This document shows, one piece after another, positions 41,826 to 56,933 of a stretch of 64,000 nt of DNA. The stretch comes from Chrysomallon squamiferum. Lineage: Eukaryota; Animalia; Mollusca. How positions within the stretch are numbered: the first letter of the stretch is position 1; each line of letters opens with the position of its first letter. The notes below the pieces were generated by a model. It was not told the origin of the DNA. It ran no database searches and saw nothing but the letters and a program-made list of their open reading frames with translations. The DNA is taken from NCBI GenBank assembly GCA_012295275.1, contig CM022673.1:1550001-1614000 (forward strand), read 5' to 3'. The translations under genes and the position numbers were made by a program.

Positions 41826-43018
41826 TCATACACATGCAACAATGTTAATAAACTGGCAAATTAGCGATTCGTGGTTACCATCAATTAATGCCCCTTGTTT
41901 CCTTTTGTTATTTACTTCGGTTATTTTCTCACTTTTATTATTTCTTTCTTTTTTTTTTTTTTTTTTTATTATTATTTCTTTTCTAATTCTTTTTTTTTTT
42001 CTATTTTATTCTTTTTTTTTGTTTGTTTATTGTTATTTATTTTATCCTTTTGATTATAGTTATTAAATAACACTGACCGCAACCACAAATAGTAAATAAA
42101 TGAAAAAAAAATAAAATAAAAAAAAGTAAAAAAAATAAAAAACATAAAAAAATAAAATTTGAATAGAAAAGAAAAAAGAAGAAAAGATAGAAAATATTGA
42201 AATTATTATTTTATTTTGTTTTTATTATTTATTATATTTAATTTATTTATTTTAATTTTATTTGTTTTATTCGAGTTTATTTTATTTATTTATTATAAAT
42301 AATAATTAAATTATATAATAACTTAATAAAAACTTCGTAACAATATTGCCCAAGTCAGCATAACTGCACTCAGTGGCAGTCAGAAAAAGAAGAAAGGAAA
42401 AATTCGCATGCGCGTGCACGTTACATAACACATTTTCATTCTCCAAGATAATTCTGAGTATAGCATCAAATTCATAGTCAACCTATTATTATCAGTGTGC
42501 TGTTTGTTAGATATTATTTTATTATAAACTCTTATTTCACTGCTGAAAATAAATAGATAGACAGACAAATAAATAAATAAATAAATAAATGCAACCTCGT
42601 AAATTCCATTTTTATATTCGAGACGTTCGGAACTTTTCGGCTGATTCCGGCGTTATAGTTTTTACGTTACTTAAAGCATATGTTATCACTCGATGTATTT
42701 CGAGTGTTAGTCGATAATTTTACCATTACTGGTGAGTGTGCGCAGATGTGAAATAATTACATTGTTGATACAGTGTAAATGAAAGAATGGTTTTATGTGG
42801 CAATAATGCAGAAAACACGAATCACGAATTTCTAAGACAAACAACAACAACAACAACAAAAGTAATACATAAAAAAATAAAATGGAGAAAAGAACAACGC
42901 CATAAAGTTGTTAGCTGGCCATGTTCACACTAAATGACTTACACTAACCTAAACATCGTCATATCTGAAGACATTATAATCTGGCTGCCAAGACTTTGAT
43001 CTAAACAAAACATTTCCA

Positions 43019-43072
<54 letters not shown>

Positions 43073-45226
43073 TAACATCATAGATGATCTACGTAAGTAT
43101 ATGGAGTAAAACTTCTCCTATGTCCATTCTGTTCTACAGGGTAATCGTCAGTTGCCATGTTATGGATGAATCATGGGTATTAAATATATATATATATATA
43201 TATATAAATAATAATAATAAAAATAAAAAAAAACACACGGATAATTACGAAAAACAAGTGTTTTGTTTATTACATCAACAGCTTGGTGTTTATCAGACTT
43301 GGAATTATTAGTAAAGAACAAATGTTTCCGGGCAAATGATAACACTGGATTTTAATACAACCTTTGGAAAGCGAGATCAGCGGAAGTGTTTCGAATGAGA
43401 TTAACTTCCATAGATGACGGGATGGTCTCGTTAAAGCAGCTTAATTAATTTGCCTTTATTAATAGAATTAGTCCTAACAAATACGAATTTCTAATTTTTA
43501 GACTAAACTATCTTCGGGCGAACAAGATACACTTTTAATTTGCTGTATTAATTAGTGAAAATACTTAAATCGTTATGAGAACCAAGATTAGTGAGAAAGG
43601 CTTCAATAACTGTCAATTTATTGGCATGTCAGAAATACATCGATAATAGCCATAACTGGCTTAGTGAGAAATACAAAGGTAATAATGGATTAATATAAAT
43701 ATACTAATTATAAATATAATGAAGATGGCCTAAGTTACTAAGATATACATCAGTAACTGTCTTTAACTGTTGTAAAAATGTCGGGGAATTATCGAAAGTC
43801 TCGGTAACATCGATTATCGGTGAATCGGATGATATTCTAGGTCACATCGGAAATAACGCATGAGCAAAACGCGTAAAATAAAATAAAATAAATGTTTATC
43901 GTCGAGAAGATACTGGTAATAATAATACTGGTAACAACAAATAGCAAACTAGTGGATTATTTTAAAATACAGTGATAATGGTGAATTCATGAATTAAAGA
44001 ATAATATACAGATGATAATGAATACAGGAAATGAATGTGTTAAAAATAAAATAAAATGGGAAGGAAAACAAATAAAAATTTTGACAAACCTTGTCTTTAA
44101 AAAAAAAAAATGATCGTATTCTATTGTCTAAATGCTGACGACGTTCTTATTGTGACGTCAGTGATTAATTGTAATTAATAAAGTTACCTTTTGATTTATG
44201 TGAATGTATTACGTTGCCATTGTTATTATTTCGAAATGTAGTTAAACACAAAAACAAGGTAAATACTTTTAATTCAAGCGTACAAAGTAAGGCTTGATGT
44301 TCCCCTGCCCCATGGAAGCTCGTGCAAAATGAGGCATAGATTTTCGTTTTCTTCTCTGTCTTTCTCAGGTACATGTTTAATGGTTAGTAATTTGGAGTTC
44401 TGTTTGTATGTATTTGTGTGTTTGACTGTGTGTGTGATTTTGTGTGTGTGTTTGTGTGAGTGTGTGATTATTTTTGTGTGTATATGTAATTAACTGTGCA
44501 AGGGTTTCTAGCACAATTTAATTTAATTTAAGACATAACTTGTCAAAATTTAATGCTTTATCACATAATAAATAAAAAATATTAATAAACTTATAAAACA
44601 ATTTTTTTTTTTTTTTTTTAGTTTTTTTTTTTTTTTTATTTTGTTTCTGATATGGAAATAAATTATTAAATGAACTATAGGTAATTAGTTAAAACTTTGC
44701 CCTAAGATATTTGTTCCAAAGCTTTTTCACAACCAAGAAATCTGTTTATTATATGAATCTTCCCGCGGACTCCAGACTTCTTACATATCTGTTCAAAAGT
44801 TAACTAACAACAAACTCGATATATGACTACACATGTTTAAAAAATCTTAAATAAATTTAAAAAAATAAATAAATGTCCATCAATAAATTATATAAATTCT
44901 GTTTTCTATAAACGTTACAAAACGTAACGCTCACAGAAACTATCTCAGAACTGAGATTGGTGTATGGTCTCATCAACATTCGTCAAAGATTTCAAAAATA
45001 AACAAGATGCGGCCAATGCTGCCATAGTAGCAATATTGGAGACCCTTGTTCTAAGACACGATAGATTGCCTGCTGGGAAATTTCCCAATTTAACCAATCA
45101 AATTGTACAAAAGGCCTTTTATAGGATGTCCTTAATTACGGAAAAAATAATAGCTTAGTATATCCCTTTCAAAGAAATAGCATGTTTTCTTTGTATTTAT
45201 TATTATTTATTTATTTATTTATTAAT

Positions 45227-45259
<33 letters not shown>

Positions 45260-47887
45260 TTCATTCATTCATTTATTTACTTATTTATTTATTTATTAAT
45301 AATTATTTATTTATTTATTTATTCATTCATTTATTTACTTATTTATTTATTTTTATTATTTATTTATTTATCCCTTTTATTTTATTTTATTTTTATTTAT
45401 TTATTTTTTTTTTTTTTTTTGAGACAAAGTTTTTAAAATTCTAATTCCCCAAGTCATGTCTCACTTAAATCTCCATCCTTCCTCACAACGCTTTCCAATT
45501 TTTGTTTTTTTTTTTTTTTTTTTTTTTTAAACAATATTTTCTCAGTTCACTTAATTCCAAATGGGGAATATAATTAGAAAATATGGTATAAAAGATCTCT
45601 TGCTCCTTAATGGAAAAAGGTATGTCAGAAATTCCAAACTTACGACAATCAGCAGCCGGTGATAGAAATTTCATTAATACAATCAACGACACAAACATGT
45701 TTACGCAAACAATGTATCTACGTACACACACATAACATAAGGTCCCTTTCTTTGCAAAGAGTCACATTATGAAAATTAATACGTTAGCATTGATGTTATA
45801 TACGTGTTTGCGAAAAAGGCAATAACTAGACGCGAACGGCTCGTTTAATATTAACAACCGGCTTTAGAAAGCTGCCATGGGGCAATAAACTTTCTGTTTA
45901 CTTTGAATAGCAGTACTGTCAGAATGCTTTAATTCAGCATTAATATTAAAGTGTGTATCGAGTCGGATCAAGTAGAAACTGGTGTTTGTAACACTGACAG
46001 TGGAAAAACGAAGTACTTTGCAGTGTCGTGTTGTGAATACGTACGCTAAAAAAAAAAAAATAATAATAAAAAAATCAAAAAAAATCATCTCAGTTGATAT
46101 GCACGTTTTCACAGGGTGATTGTGCTTTGTTCTTACGTACAGTTCAGTTCACTCGAGTTCACGGTCTGAGCTAATATATATATATATATTACGAAGAGTT
46201 TATATGTTTATTATTTTATAATCCATTCATTATAGTCCATTTCTTTTTGTGTTGTCGTCTGCTTACCGAAAGAGAAAATGTATAATGATTATTACGTATG
46301 TAACAAGGGCGAATCCAGGTTTTTAGAAGAAGGGTACAGAATTCATTCAGAATTCAGAACTATACCTTTCAGAATAATAAAGCAGTATTAAAGAACAGGA
46401 TTGATACTGAAGAGGACTGGATACTGAATAGGATTGATCACGTGATCTTCAGTAAAATTCTGAGTCAAAGCCATTTAACATGGAGATCTGTCATTTTTTT
46501 TTCCAACGTAATTATTTACTCTGATGTTTACATTTCCGTCAGATGAATAATAATAATAATAATCATAATAAAAATAACAATAGTAGTAGTAGTAGTAGTT
46601 GTAGTAGTAGTAGTAGTAGTAGTAATAGTAGTAGTAGTTGTTGTTGTTGTTGCTGCTGCTGCTGCTCCCGTTGACGTCAGTATTATTTCATTTATTCATC
46701 CTGGAGTAAGAACAACAGGAGATTTGGTTTTATTACACAATAAATCGACGAGGACATTATTTTGAGGAAATACGGTAATGACATCGATAATAATTGATCA
46801 GAAGTCAGGCGGGTTCACGGGTGACTTCGGATCGCCAAAGATTATTCATTCTGGAGAACAATAACATCATTGATTTCCTCTCTTTCTTTCCTCATAACAT
46901 CGACACCACATCTCAGCCAAACGTCGTTAATAAACCAGGATCATAACTTGAACTTTACCGCACACACGTACATGTGGTAATATTACTCAAAAAATAATAA
47001 TACTATTATCCTGCCCGGCACTATTACTACAAAAACAACCCTGATGTAGTAGCAGACACGATATCTGTATTGTCGATAGTTGACGAAAGGTTCAGTGTTT
47101 TCTGTTTTAATTGAACGATTTTTTTTTTTTTTTTAATTTTCTCAGTTTTACCCAAAATTTTTTAATATATTCGATTTATGCGAATTCTTAATTTTCAATA
47201 TAGCCATCGTTATTAAGGATACAAAACGTGATACGTGCTATATATAGTATGAAAATTAAATTAAGTTTTATTAAGGAACAAAGAAAGAGAAAGATTTAAA
47301 AAAAGAATCAAAAAAAAAAAGAGGTCAAAAAAAAAACAAAAAAACAGTGTTATTATTTTCTTAATTAGTTTTGAAACGGTAACTGTTAGCGAAACGAATA
47401 CTGCACACTGCACACGTTAAGAAATATTTGAGTGATTAACAGTGTTGCCCACTTGTTACTCCAATACTGCAATCTGTGTACTTTTATATGAAGAATGGAC
47501 TCGACCAAGTCGTTCAATTCGACCGTTGTCATCACAAACAATTTTGTGTTTTTACACAGACTTCAGTTATGCATTGAAGTGAAATATAACGTGTAAATGA
47601 AACTGATAATAATGACTAAATGGAATTGGTTATTTCATTAAATACAAAATATTTTGTTCTGACAAAACGCAGCAGATATATCTGAGTCATCAAATTAGTT
47701 ACTAGGAGGCGTTGCAGTTAACTGGACAAATGAGCAAAATGTCAGCACTTTGTTATTAAAAATGATTCATTATCATCATCATCATTATTATTATTATAAG
47801 TTTATTTCTTATCCAAAAAATTAAGTACACTTAATGAAGCATAAGTTTGTGTTTGTACTTAGCGTATGTGTGCATACTTTAGAGGCC

Positions 47888-47987
<100 letters not shown>

Positions 47988-50763
47988 TGTGTATTTTTAT
48001 GAATAAGTTTATGTATATGCTATGCGTGTGCATATATGTGCTACCAGACGCGTATGCTTTTTCATTTACACGAAATCAATATTTATTGATTTCTAAACAT
48101 TCATGAACCTTAACTTTCGACACAATGACATGAAGTATCATTCTAATGTGTATGTATATATACATATATATAGTGTGATTATAAAAGATTAACAAACAAA
48201 ATACTGGGTATCGGATTTTGTGTACGTTGTACAACGTGACAAACAGTCCCAGTTAAATATTCAAATATATATCAGCACAACCTATCTTGAATTTTGAATC
48301 TTGTCTAGCACAGTCACTAATTTAAATTTGTTTAAAGCGCGCGCGCGCACACACGCACACACACACACAAACACACGTATATACATACACCCGATAAATG
48401 TGTATACAAAATACTTCAAAACATTATGTACTGAAAATTTCATCCACATCTTTGTTTTGGTTCAGTGATTTCCAAGTACCCGGAAAGACTTGTACTTAGT
48501 GTCTGTGGGTACGTACATACAGGCGACTGATCTTTCCTAATTACCTCTGTCGTATTATAATAATGCTGTAATTATTAAAACAAGTAATATTGTTCTTACC
48601 TCAAAGTAGGTAGAGTGCTCAGAACTGTAACTTCAGATGTCTGAAACATTAAACCACATAAATACTTGCTTTAAAATAACGTTCTCTATATGCATTACAG
48701 ACAGTGAAGATATAGAAGAAGTTATGCATGGTTTCACTAGCGTACATCAATAGGTTTAAAATGTAAACTAAAAACCATAGATTATTTCATCATACACAAC
48801 AACCGGTAGCGAGGTATTCTTTTTTCGTGGATATGTGCAACACATTCATCCTCCTACAAAGACGGGGCATTTAACGATTGAGTGTACATAATTTTGAAAT
48901 GTAAATTATCCTGCCGCTATTGCCAGATTTATGAAAAGAAGTTAGAGAATACGTTTCACAGTGTAAATATCGTTTTCATTCGTGTCTTCGAAACAAGCGG
49001 CCCAAACCGTTACGCTTGGCGCCGATAAGAGGAACGTTAGGGTGTCATTTCAAAGAACTTGACGACGAGTCGTTATTACCCATACATCACTCCACTTTTG
49101 ATTATTATTATTATTATTACAGCTACCATAATGATTTTAACATAGGCGATTGAAATCGTGATACGTTCTTCTGCATTAGGTATTCAAAGGAACAAAGGAT
49201 TACCAGACAGTGTTCTAAGAATTGAAAAGCGCCTTGAATAACGTTCATACTAAATTTAATACGCTAAGGTTAAGGTATTAATAGATTGGGTATGGGAGAA
49301 CATACAGAAAAAAAAAAAAAAAAAAAAATTGAAGTGTAATGAAAAGGAAAGTAAGGAAAGAAAAGAAGAAGTTTTATACGTTTGACAACGATTGTGTTCA
49401 TTTGTAGCCCCGCCCCAAAAACTGTCCGCATATATGAGATAATGGAATCATCAATAATAAAGTCAACATCATTAACAGTATTAATAATAATAATAATAAT
49501 AATAATAATGTTAATAATGATGATGTTGATAATAATAGCAAAAAATAATAGCAATAACAATAATAACAATAATAATATTAACAACAAAAACAATAACAAA
49601 AAGAACAAAACTAATAATACAATAACCATAATAACAATAATGTCAAAGAACAACAATAATAATCATGACGATGAAGATAATAGTGATAATATAATGACAA
49701 TGACAACTGCGAGAACAGAAATAATAATAATAATAGAAGAAGAAGAAACTTTTAAACAACTACAACAGTAACAACAACAACAACAGCAACAATAAGAATA
49801 ATAAGACGAAGAACAACGACGACAACACGAAGAAAAAAGATTCATTCAACGATGGCTTATTAGACAGAGATCAGAAAACCTTAGCCTTGACTGAACACAA
49901 GCATTTATTGTCAAACATAGCAATTCAAATACGATTCCCGGTTTAACTGAAATTTAAAACCATTTACGTGAATCATTCATACATACATATGATATATTAA
50001 TAAACACACCTTTACCTGTAAAGTGACTTTATAAACTCCACTATTTCAAGTCGTTTATGAATTGTCTGTTTTCAGTTCTGACAAGCATATGTATATGTAT
50101 GTCTGCTTGGATGTGTATCTGTGTACATTATTATATGTATGTATGAATGAATGTAGTATGTATGTGTGTTTGTATGTATGTATTTATGTATGTATGTATA
50201 TGTGTATGTATGTGTGTGTATGTATGTATTTATGTATGTGTGTGTGTTTGTATGCATGTATGTATTTATGTATGTATGTGTGTGTGTGTGTGTGTGTGTC
50301 AGTTATTCTTCATTTCTAAACTGAGTGTTTGTTAAATATTTTACCTTGTTTTTGACATCTAGTTAGTTAATTAGACATTATCTTGAGCAACGTGCCAAAT
50401 TCTGTCGTGGGGAGTAAAAACAGACAGAAAAAAAAAACACAACACACACACACACTCACACACATTCAACATATATTTTTCTTTCATAAAGTGCTTACTC
50501 GAATATGTTTCATAAAAAAAAAAAACCTAAAAAAATCTGAAAAAATAACAATGACAGAAATGTTTCACGTTAAAACGGAAATCGTGTTAAACCTGTTCGC
50601 GCGTATTGTGACAATATTTTTTTATTTTTCACCCGAAAAGTATTATTCATAAATAAGTAAATGTATGCATGAGCGTGTATATCCATTTGATAAATAAATC
50701 AATAATTAGATAGAAAACAGGCCGAAGAACGGTGCCTTGGGCTTTAAACTGCTGCTAATGGTG

Positions 50764-50804
<41 letters not shown>

Positions 50805-52021
50805 CATATACATATAAATATACGTATGTGGTTTATTTTATATGAACGTGGGTGTACGTATGGGATTGATTTTGGGACACGGATATACGTTTATGGTTCG
50901 TTTTGCCTGCGTATGGATGGATATACGTATGTGCTTGAGCGTGCGCATGAGTATGTATTTTAGTAACTGTATTTATTATCAGTGGTATGTGTATGTGGGT
51001 AGAGAGCGAGAGAGCATGTTTTTATCTGTATAGTGAGTGTATATGTTGTTGCGCTTCTTTGTGTATTTGTATATGTGTATGTGTATGTACTGTGTCTGTG
51101 TTTGTATGACGTATTTCTAAATATATAGCTTTGCCAAAACGCGTTTTCTTGTTTGAATCTTAAATATGTCTAGCTTTACTCTGATATTTTTGCAGTTAGG
51201 ATGAAAGAGGGTATTCTGTTAAAGGATTTTTATTTTTGCAGATGTCTAATGAGAAACAAACAATTATTTTTTTGTAAAGACAAATTCTTAAAACAAGATA
51301 ATGTGTAAAATCAGTATGTATGTATGTATGTGCTTGTGTATAAATCTGGTATCAGTTACAGACCCATGTGTTTTTTTTCTACAGATACAATCAACACTGC
51401 TATCTATATAATTCACAAATTATTTCAATTTCAAACAATAAACGAGAAGCGAACTGTAAATTATAGAAAAATGGTTGTCATCACTGTGGTAGCCGTAACT
51501 TTCAAGATCAAAGTAAGGACAAAAATAGATACATTCGAACTCGCCTGAGTGCCATTTATGTTTGAATAGCTATGCAATGGTAAAAATAAGTCTTGTTCTT
51601 TTTACTTCATACTTTAAATTTCAGCAAATAAAACAGGGAAGATGCGTCACAAATAACCTATCCCAGTTATGTCAAAAAAAAAAAAAAAAGGTACGGAAGA
51701 AGCAGACGAAAAAAACGAACTGCCATTCTCCGCCAGTTGTAATTTTATGTTATCCATCTCGTTTCAGTGCTTTACGATATGTAATACGTACTGACGACTT
51801 ATAAACCACACATTCCTGCTGTTGTTTCTGATCTTACGCAGCTGGTGTATGTGAGGTGAACGTCAGATTTAATGGAAATACTTCCTTGTTGTTATATGAT
51901 GGCGTAAAGCGTCTTGTGACGTGTGCATCAGTTACTTCCAGGTCATCAGGTGGACTTTTGATGTCAATCAGATAGGAAGAAGATAAAAGAAGGAAATAAA
52001 GACAGTCCAACAGAGACAGGC

Positions 52022-52089
<68 letters not shown>

Positions 52090-53543
52090 GCAATACATTT
52101 ATTAAAATTCAGTTGTTTATTACAGTCATCTAGAGGTAACCAGATTTTTTTATATATATATAATTTCAAATTGTGTTCCAGCGTATCTACAAATATCGAT
52201 ATTTAATTTGTTTATATATACAGATTATATGCATGTAATCTGTAAAAAAAAAAAATGTTTTATAACATCTATTAATTTTTATAACTTTATTAATACCGAA
52301 CGGTTATTCCCGTTGCAGACAGCAACTTACCAATCAAAGCGAATGGTATGAGCTGCCTTGCCTTTGTAACAGATTCCTTGCTATTAACTGCCAGGAGAGC
52401 GATGGAATCGGGTTTCTTTTATTCCAGCATCATTAATGTTATTTTATTTTTTAAAAGGAAGAAAAACAAAAATTGAAGAAGCAACTTATTTAAACATTAA
52501 CGGTAAAATGTACTGTGATATAGTTTAAAAAAAAGAAATTTAAACTATAAAAAATGAGAAAACAAGAAAACTTACCAAGGTTTTTTAAGAACAGCTTCTT
52601 GAGAATACTAATAAACTAATAATGCTTATTATTACGGCAAAATTCGTGCGCTCAATTCTGGTGTATTCTGTGTAGCTACATAACAGTTTTATACCTTGTA
52701 AAATGGGATTAAATAAAACAAAAGTTTTTCCAAGCTGACCCGGGGTCAAACGGGGACCATCTTAATAACCATCACGATTAATGCTGCTGACGACAGGATT
52801 ATGCAAATGAGCAAACTTAATCCATTGTATAAATCCACTGACCATAGCAAGAATCATGTTGGTAATAGTCAGAAGAGTCTTAAGTTTAAAAAAAAAATGG
52901 GTATATGATCCACCTGGGTAATCGAAAATGAGGTTCATACCGGGACACAAAATCATAACTAATATGCATGCACACAAAGCTCTCAAGTGCGTTCAGAAAC
53001 AGAAACAAGTGGATTCTCAACGAAATATTGTTACTAAAACAGCATCAAAATAACAATTACAAACATTAAAGTGTATTAGTTCTTCATTACATAATACGTA
53101 ACGTCATTAAGAAAAGTGATATTGCGAGAAATCCCGTGAAAACTAAAAACTGAATTTAACAGTTCTTTAAAATCTGTTTCAATACAGACGTCAGTGAAAA
53201 GGAAGATTTATCTACGATTTTAAGAGATTAGGAATTCGTTTTTTATTTCTCAAGATTTTAATTAAAGAAAGTAATGAAGTGTCACTTAGCATCCTTTCTT
53301 TATCCATAAGTAGCGAGGATCTTTTAATAAACTTCTCCCCATAGATGTGAGAAAAAATACACAACTCATTTTTATAACGCAGATGAATTTGTTGGAACGA
53401 GAAATAGTTCAAATGCTGCGAAGCAACTGTGTTCTTATTCTGCCAGACACGTAATTTCTGGATGATATTATTATTTTTAATATTTAAAAATGTATTTTGA
53501 AAATGTAGGGATATAAGTTGTGGACCTTTTCCAAACCAAGTTT

Positions 53544-55938
53544 TGCTGGCGAAGTCGTATTCTTGTTCACACGTAACAATAACTGATAAATAAACATCAG
53601 ATCTGCTCGCGAAGTCGTATTCTTGTTCACACGTAACAATAACTGATAAATAAACATCAGATCTGCTCGCGAAGTCGTATTCTTGTTCACACGTAACAAT
53701 AACTGATAAATAAATATCAGATCTGCTCGCGAAGTCGTATTCTTGTTCACACGTAACAATAACTGATAAATAAACATCAGATCTGCTCGCGAAGTCGTAT
53801 TCTTGTTCACACGTAACAATAACTGATAAATAAACATCAGATCTGCTCGCGAAGTCGTATTCTTGTTCACACGTAACAATAACTGATAAATAAACATCAG
53901 ATCTGCTCGCGAAGTCGTATTCTTGTTCACACGTAACAATAACTGATAAATAAACATCAGATCTGCTCGCGAAGTCGTATTCTTGTTCACACGTAACAAT
54001 AACTGATAAATAAACAAATCTGCTCGCGAAGTCGTATTCTTGTTCACACGTAACAATAACTGATAAATAAACATCAGATCTGCTCGCGAAGTCGTATTCT
54101 TGTTCACACGTAACAATAACTGATAAATAAACATCAGATCTGCTCGCGAAGTCGTATTCTTGTTCACACGTAACAATAACTGATAAATAAACATCAGATC
54201 TGCTGGCGAAGTCGTATTCTTGTTCACACGTAACAATAACTGATAAATAAACATCAGATCTGCTCGCGAAGTCGTATTCTTGTTCACACGTAACAATAAC
54301 TGATAAATAAACATCAGATCTGCTCGCGAAGTCGTATTCTTGTTCACACGTAACAATAACTGATAAATAAACAAGATCGCGAAAACGTAACAATAACTGA
54401 TAAATAAACATCAGATCTGCTCGCGAAGTCGTATTCTTGTTCACACGTAACAATAACTGATAAATAAACATCAGATCTGCTCGCGAAGTCGTATTATTCT
54501 TGTTAACACGTAACAATAACTGATAAATAAACATCAGATCTGCTCGCGAAGTCGTATTCTTGTTCACACGTAACAATAACTGATAAATAAACATCAGATC
54601 TGCTCGCGAAGTCGTATTCTTGTTCACACGTGAACAATAACTGATAAATAAACATCAGATCTGCTGGCGAAGTCGTATTCTTGTTCACACGTAACAATAA
54701 CTGATAAATAAACATCAGATCTGCTCGCGAAGTCGTATTCTTGTTCACACGTAACAATAACTGATAAATAAACATCAGATCTGCTCGCGAAGTCGTATTC
54801 TTGTTCACACGTAACAATAACTGATAAATAAACATCAGATCTGCTCGCGAAGTCGTATTCTTGTTCACACGTAACAATAACTGATAAAAAAACATCAGAT
54901 CTGCTCGCGAAGTCGTATTCTTGTTCACACGTAACAATAACTGATAAATAAACATCAGATCTGCTCGCGAAGTCGTATTCTTGTTCACACGTAACAATAA
55001 CTGATAAATAAACATCAGATCTGCTGGCGAAGTCGTATTCTTGTTCACACGTAACAATAACTGATAAATAAATATCAGATCTGCTCGCGAAGTCGTATTC
55101 TTGTTCACACGTAACAATAACTGATAAATAAATATCAGATCTGCTCGCGAAGTCGTATTCTTGTTCACACGTAACAATAACTGATAAATAAACATCAGAT
55201 CTGCTCGCGAAGTCGTATTCTTGTTCACACGTAACAATAACTGATAAATAAACATCAGATCTGCTCGCGAAGTCGTATTCTTGTTCACACGTAACAATAA
55301 CTGATAAATAAACATCAGATCTGCTCGCGAAGTCGTATTCTTGTTCACACGTAACAATAACTGATAAATAAACATCAGATCTGCTCGCGAAGTCGTATTC
55401 TTGTTCACACGTAACAATAACTGATAAATAAAACATCAGATCTGCTCGCGAAGTCGTATTCTTGTTCACACGTAACAATAACTGATAAATAAACATCAGA
55501 TCTGCTCGCGAAGTCGTATTCTTGTTCACACGTAACAATAACTGATAAATAAACATCAGATCTGCTCGCGAAGTCGTATTCTTGTTCACACGTAACAATA
55601 ACTGATAAATAAACATCAGATCTGCTCGCGAAGTCGTATTCTCTGTTCACACGTAACAATAACTGATAAATAAACATCAGATCTGCTCGCGAAGTCGTAT
55701 TCTTGTTCACACGTAACAATAACTGATAAATAAACATCAGATCTGCTCGCGAAGTCGTATTCTTGTTCACACGTAACAATAACTGATAAATAAACATCAG
55801 ATCTGCTCGCGAAGTCGTATTCTTGTTCACACGTAACAATAACTGATAAATAAACATCAGATCTGCTCGCGAAGTCGTATTCTTGTTCACACGTAACAAT
55901 AACTGATAAATAAACATCAGATCTGCTCGCGAAGTCGT
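53544..55938. repeat. 60-bp minisatellite/satellite array, ~40 near-identical units
   Basis: Unit gaagtcgtattcttgttcacacgtaacaataactgataaataaacatcagatctgctcgc in head-to-tail tandem, with occasional SNPs/indels and no spacers. Confidence 0.97.
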
Positions 55939-56933
55939 CTTATTACTTCCCCCTACATTACGTAACAATGACTGGTAAATAAGTAAAATAATTGTGATAA
56001 AGATGATTAATATCGATACTGTAACCTTTTGTAAATATGAAAATCCATAAGTATGAACTCATGAATATAAGTGCAGATAAAAAATAATCAGACTTATTAA
56101 TAGAATTATTGTTTTTTTTTTTGTTTTTTGTTATTACTACTTTAGCATATTCCCAAATCAATGTGTGTTGAAAAGAAGCTCACACTACCATTCTCTGCAG
56201 ATTCTCCAAACTAAAACTCATTTCCTTGGTTTAAAAATTAACTAATAGATTCTTGATGTTAAACATTTCGTAAATAATTAAATAAAAAACACATTTTATT
56301 ACATATATATAAAAGTTATTTATTTACAATAAAATTTGGGGGTTGTTTTCTAGGTTATTTGTATTTATACATTTTAAAAGAAATATGAACTAATGAAAAC
56401 CTATAAAAACTATACAGTGTTCCAGCCCCTTTTCTTTTAAAAGTTAATACTATATTACAGAATTTACATTGGTAAATAGATACAACAGCTGTATGTGTGT
56501 TTGCTGTTTTACTGTAGTGTGGCATTATGACCTGAAATACTTTACAATCTTTTGTATTTACTAAGACTAAATATTCTTAAGAAGATATTAAACAAACTGA
56601 GTGAACGTTTGGTTTTACAGTCCAGGAGAGAACAGTAAACCCATTTTAGTATATGAAATTTTATCATAAGTGTTTTAAAAATTATTAAATAAAATTATGA
56701 ATTATTTTAAAACGTTTTATCCACATAACTACAACTGAACTAAAAATCTAGCACATATATAAATATATAGATATAATTTTGTTTCCAAAAATGTTTTTGG
56801 CATTTTAATTTCATTTTGTTTATTATATATTTCATTAACTTATGATTTCTAATTCTTAAAATGTGTGGCAAGTATTGCTAAGTGAATATTTAACGGTTGT
56901 ATCTGAATTAAACAATCCAAGACGTCTGCTTCA

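Noticed and set aside
44956-45760. Complex-looking segments with short ORFs, possibly a retroelement remnant
   Set aside because: No recognisable RT, endonuclease or transposase motif; cannot be assigned without a database search.
52730-52990. Octamer ATGCAAAT and GC-richer patch suggesting an snRNA gene or transposon end
   Set aside because: No snRNA sequence or matching TIR was found; a single motif is not sufficient evidence.
53212-55968. Long repetitive ORFs (187-471 aa) and a CRISPR-like appearance
   Set aside because: Units are contiguous 60-bp repeats with no unique spacers and no cas genes. The ORFs arise because 60 is divisible by 3, and they switch frame at indels.
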